64,000 nucleotides of DNA from Eledone cirrhosa. Taxonomy: Eukaryota. Numbering within the stretch: position 1 is the first letter of the stretch; every line of letters starts with the position of its first letter. Both the position numbers and the translations under genes were made by a program. Positions 59,814-64,000 of this stretch are shown here, in pieces. The stretch spans positions 310,248,001 through 310,312,000 of the forward strand of contig OZ024742.1 in assembly GCA_964016885.1 (NCBI GenBank), read 5' to 3'. The notes below the pieces were generated by a model, which did no database searches, was not told where the DNA came from, and saw only the letters and a program-made list of their open reading frames with translations.

Positions 59814-59994
59814 AATAATTGTTTCTACTTTTTGGCACAAGGCCAGCAATTATCCCAGTACATAACTGGTGCTTTATTTTATCGACCCCGTAAGGATGAA
59901 AGCTCGGCGGGAATTGAACTCAGATCGTAAAGGGACGTAACTATGCTGGAAAGCATAATCCAACCCTCTACCGATACTGCCAATTCACCGCCCA
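59814..59994 (-). mobile_element. SINE family 1 copy
   Basis: Matches the consensus. Flanked by cccataaaataat-like direct repeats. Confidence 0.85.
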
Positions 59995-61018
59995 TAAAAT
60001 AATACCAGTGAAATGCTGGGGTCGAATTTTGGACTAACGCTGTAATTCAAATTTCTGGCAGATATATGTTTACAAAATAAGTAACGAACTAAAATTAGTA
60101 ATTGAGTCGATATGATTGATTGGCGGTGGTGGTGGTGCTTCAACATAGCTGCAGTCCAATGACTTAAATCAATAAGAGTAATAAAGAATAAAAGAATAAA
60201 AGACTAAATAGTTAAACAGGAAATGCACAGTGAACATTTATTTCTGACAGTTGGACAACTAATTTGTTCAGAAAAGTGAAATGATTTCTCTTTTCCGAGC
60301 GAAATGAATATATGAAAGGGTACATTCTCTGTAACTGTTCAAGTGACAGTTCAAACATAAGCTGATGGTTATTATGTATAGATGCAGGTTTTATGCAAGA
60401 ACATTTCCCAAGCTATGCCTCAAACACCAACCTCACAATGAGAAAACTAGGTAGATAAATATACAACATAAAGTACAAGAAACAGCTTTTAGACTCATTT
60501 TTTATTATAACTTTTTATTTGTAAAGGCGCGTGGCTTTATGGTCAGGTTATTTGGCTTACAATCGTAAGGTTGTGAGTTCGATTCCCGGCGACGGTTGCT
60601 TCTGACAGGACCCGCTGAAAGGAATGTTTCAAGACTTGTAATCAACAAGTAGGGTCACAACCAAAAACTGAACATACTGAAGGTTTTATAAACTTCATCG
60701 CATCACAACTATTATGAACGATCTTATCACTCAGCTTATGATTGTGTGTTGATTCAGAATTACAGTTGAATGAGTTTTCCTCTCGGAACTACAATAAGGT
60801 AAAATAAAATAAATGCAGAAACCTATAGTAGTGTTGAAAAGGAAATCTAAACGAATTTTTTTTTCTCAAAATTAAAATGACTAAAGTTTTCAGTGGAAAG
60901 AAATAGGAAATTATAATGTACATATATTTCTCAGAAAACATCGGGATGTAAGTAGAGTGTAAGGGGTTCAACGAGTTCTAGATAGGATTTTATGACAATG
61001 TACACTATTATGTGAATA

Positions 61019-61247
61019 AAATAATGGTTTCTATTATAGGCACAAGGCCAGCAATTTTGGAGGTGAGGGAATTCGATTAAATCGACCACAGTACGTTACT
61101 GATGCTTTATCTTATCGACCCCTAAGGACGAAAGACAAAGCTAATCTCGGCAGGATTTGAACTCAGAACGTAAAGGTCCGTAACTCTATGCAACAAAGTA
61201 TGTTGTCGCTCTACCGATACTGCTCTACCGATACTGCTCTACCGATA
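61019..61247 (-). mobile_element. SINE family 1 copy with a 14-bp triplication
   Basis: Consensus match plus about three copies of gctctaccgatact. Confidence 0.8.
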
Positions 61248-61747
61248 ACTTCTAACATTAGTTAGAATCAGTCCTATGAGATGACACGTAAATTCTACCA
61301 TGGCTGGATTTGAAATGAAAATGTAAAAACACATTACTGCAGAATAATTAATCCGGTGGTGGAGACATTACAACACTCATTAATGCTTTAAAAAAAGGTT
61401 TTAAGAAAGTAAGAAAGCTGCAGTAATTATAGAAGAGAGAAAATGAGATGTTATACCATTCAATCCTCTTTAAAAACTTTAGCCTGGAAATTGAAACCGA
61501 AATGGGTAATTTTAGTAGAAACATAAACGTAATGACTTAAGATAGACATCTAAATAACGTCATTGATTCATTTTGCCAAAAAAATAAAAATGTTGCTCTA
61601 AGCAATGCTTCAGAACCTGTGATATGGGTTCAGCCCTACACGATACCTCATAACATATACGACAACTAGAAAAGCCTATGCCGATACTTACATTCGCACA
61701 AACATAAAATCACGTCATCTATTTATATACAAGAACAATAATTGACA

Positions 61748-61930
61748 ATAGTTGTTTCTACTCTTGGCACAAGGCCATAAATTACCAGTGCATTACTGGT
61801 ACTTTATTTTTTATCGACCCCGTAAGGATGAAAGGCAAAGTTAACCTCGGCGGGATTTGAACTCAGAATGGCAAGGGCCGTAACTCTATGCGTCAAAGCA
61901 TGGCGTCCGACCCTCTACCGATACTGCCAA
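61748..61930 (-). mobile_element. SINE family 1 copy
   Basis: Matches the consensus. Confidence 0.85.
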
Positions 61931-62013
61931 AGTGATATCTAATAAGGGACAGGGATACAAATATTGCTGGCAAAACGGTTATATTGATCATAGTACCTGA
62001 CCGGTATATATAT

Positions 62014-62170
<157 letters not shown>

Positions 62171-62199
62171 ACTTATATCAGTTCGCTCTCGAGTGCTAC

Positions 62200-62450
62200 T
62201 GGTAACCCAGTACAACCTGTCTCATGGTCGGGTCGTCGGTGACTAAACCGGCAACCCCAGTGATATTTGGACACTCTGCGGGATGAAATACAAGACTCGG
62301 CAAAGGGTGGAGGAACTCAGCAGATTCAACGTTCATCCAAATAGTATTTTTCTTTTCACCTGAGAGTGAAAGGCCCACAGTTGTTGTCACAACACCTTTC
62401 TAGGAGAGGGAAACTCTGAAAAAAAAACTGCAGCTTTAGAAGCATCCGAT
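62200..62450 (+). mobile_element. Probable RTE-type LINE 5' UTR relic
   Basis: tctaggagagggaaactctga motif, recalled as typical of RTE 5' regions. A similar motif is inverted at about 54140-54155. Confidence 0.4.
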
Positions 62451-62699
62451 GATGTTCTCTTGACCAGTTCTCATGACCAGTTCTCTTTTTCGGGTAGTGT
62501 TTTCGTGTTTTCGGTGCTCAGAGAGTGGGATTGGTCAAGTGCAGGGCGTTTCCTCACTAAAAAAATCTTCAAAGCACAGGAATTGCTTGTTCAGAATATG
62601 TTACAGGTTTGTGTGGCTGGCCGTAGCCTAAAAGTGCACCAAACTCTGTAATCTGACAAGCGATTGCAGTACTCTTAGCTGAGTTTGCAGCCATCACAT

Positions 62700-62813
<114 letters not shown>

Positions 62814-63189
62814 ATGCCGATAGTAAATAAATTCTTGTCAGAAGCAATGTTATTAATATGTAGTTATGATGACTTGATCCAACTGACACCTAAACAAGGT
62901 TGACAAGGACAAAATGTAAAGAACAAATTTAAACGTCAAAAGTAATACATTTACACATAGACGTCAACATTTGGAATAGTAAAGCAATTTGTGAGTATCC
63001 AGCCAATCTACATATAGTGAACAGCATCGTTGCATGGTTAACCCGATCATTTCGTTATCAGAAGCTTATGTGTTCGCTTTGACTGTGCGACATCTTGCTC
63101 AAGTATAATTTGCCATTACTGCATGTGGTCTTGGGCTTTGTTAGTATAGACAGCTGCTGTTTGGAAAACCCCTAAGTCAAAAGACCAGC

Positions 63190-63455
63190 CTGGTAACACA
63201 TTGTCTTGCTGAACCTCCACTCGAATGACGTTAATGTTACACGTGTCTTTTGAATGATCTAAGCAGCGACTTGCATACGTTAAATCGAACAACTGTAACA
63301 CTCATCGATAACACAGACGGAATCCCATTTGAATTTTTAAATGCAGCTACATTGAAACATCACTTGTATAAGTTTCTATGTAAGATATCAGACGACCTTA
63401 TTCCACGACGAGAAAAATATGTGAAGGTAATGGTATCAAAGTCGCCCCTTCAGCC
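63190..63455 (+). pseudogene. Old CR1-like LINE 3' end
   Basis: LLNDLSSDLHTL...LKHHLYKFLCKISDDL resembles the CR1 C-terminus (LFN.LP..LR / FK..LD.FL...PD.P). Confidence 0.45.
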
Positions 63456-63650
63456 AAAAGCAAAACAAAACAGAACAAAAAAACAACAATAGAAAGAGGA
63501 TTGTAATTATAATATCAGTGCCCCCAGTATGGTCACATCCCACGAATGGAAAGTAGTAAAGCATATATATATATATATATATGTGTGTGTGTATACATGT
63601 ATTTTTCTATTCGAAATGTCATGTTGAGCATGTAATCCAAAGTGCGGGTG

Positions 63651-63720
<70 letters not shown>

Positions 63721-64000
63721 CATAGAGAATATGTTCTTTACTTTCTCATTTTCTGTCTCCTAAACTGGTTTTGTTATGGGAAACTTCTGGCCTACCGCCA
63801 CAACAACACAGTAAAAAAAAAGGAAAGAAAGACCCATAAAAGAAAGCAAATCACAAATGTAAACTAGAAAAGTGGAAAAAAATAAAATAGCCTAAAATGA
63901 TTTGGCCCACCCTGAACCTGCTTGCCAATAACAACAGATCACGTACCCCACCATTGAACATAGAACTTCACTGTTCTGACATTAGAGTTGGCAGCTGGGA

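Noticed and set aside
62196-62390. 64-aa ORF or exon candidate
   Set aside because: No recognisable homology. The region resembles an RTE 5' UTR relic.
63116-63301. Minus-strand ORF with a splice-like start as a host exon
   Set aside because: No recognisable protein. It overlaps a probable CR1 relic on the plus strand.

Overview
Eukaryotic, AT-rich, non-coding DNA (intronic or intergenic) with very dense (TA)n/(CA)n/(TATG)n/(CT)n microsatellites and one 200-N assembly gap. The SINE families and microsatellite density resemble an Octopus-type cephalopod genome (inference). No intact protein-coding gene is supported. Almost all listed ORFs are microsatellite artefacts, and the real coding traces are decayed transposons (RTE, CR1-like, another LINE RT, an R4/Dong-type RLE, mariner). 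Ordinary repeats include three tRNA-derived SINE families, several MITEs and a non-autonomous Helitron. Main result: many (TA)n tracts are interrupted by short non-coding inserts from roughly ten unrelated families. Most share an 'inverted or partial-tandem arm plus unique 3' tail' geometry and carry type I hammerhead ribozyme (HHR) motifs, read by eye. Several motifs have non-canonical cores (compensatory U3-A8, U9, A4) and very long or branched stem II. This looks like a diverse (TA)n-targeting community of Penelope-like pseudo-LTRs or retrozymes. Ribozyme activity and novelty are untested.
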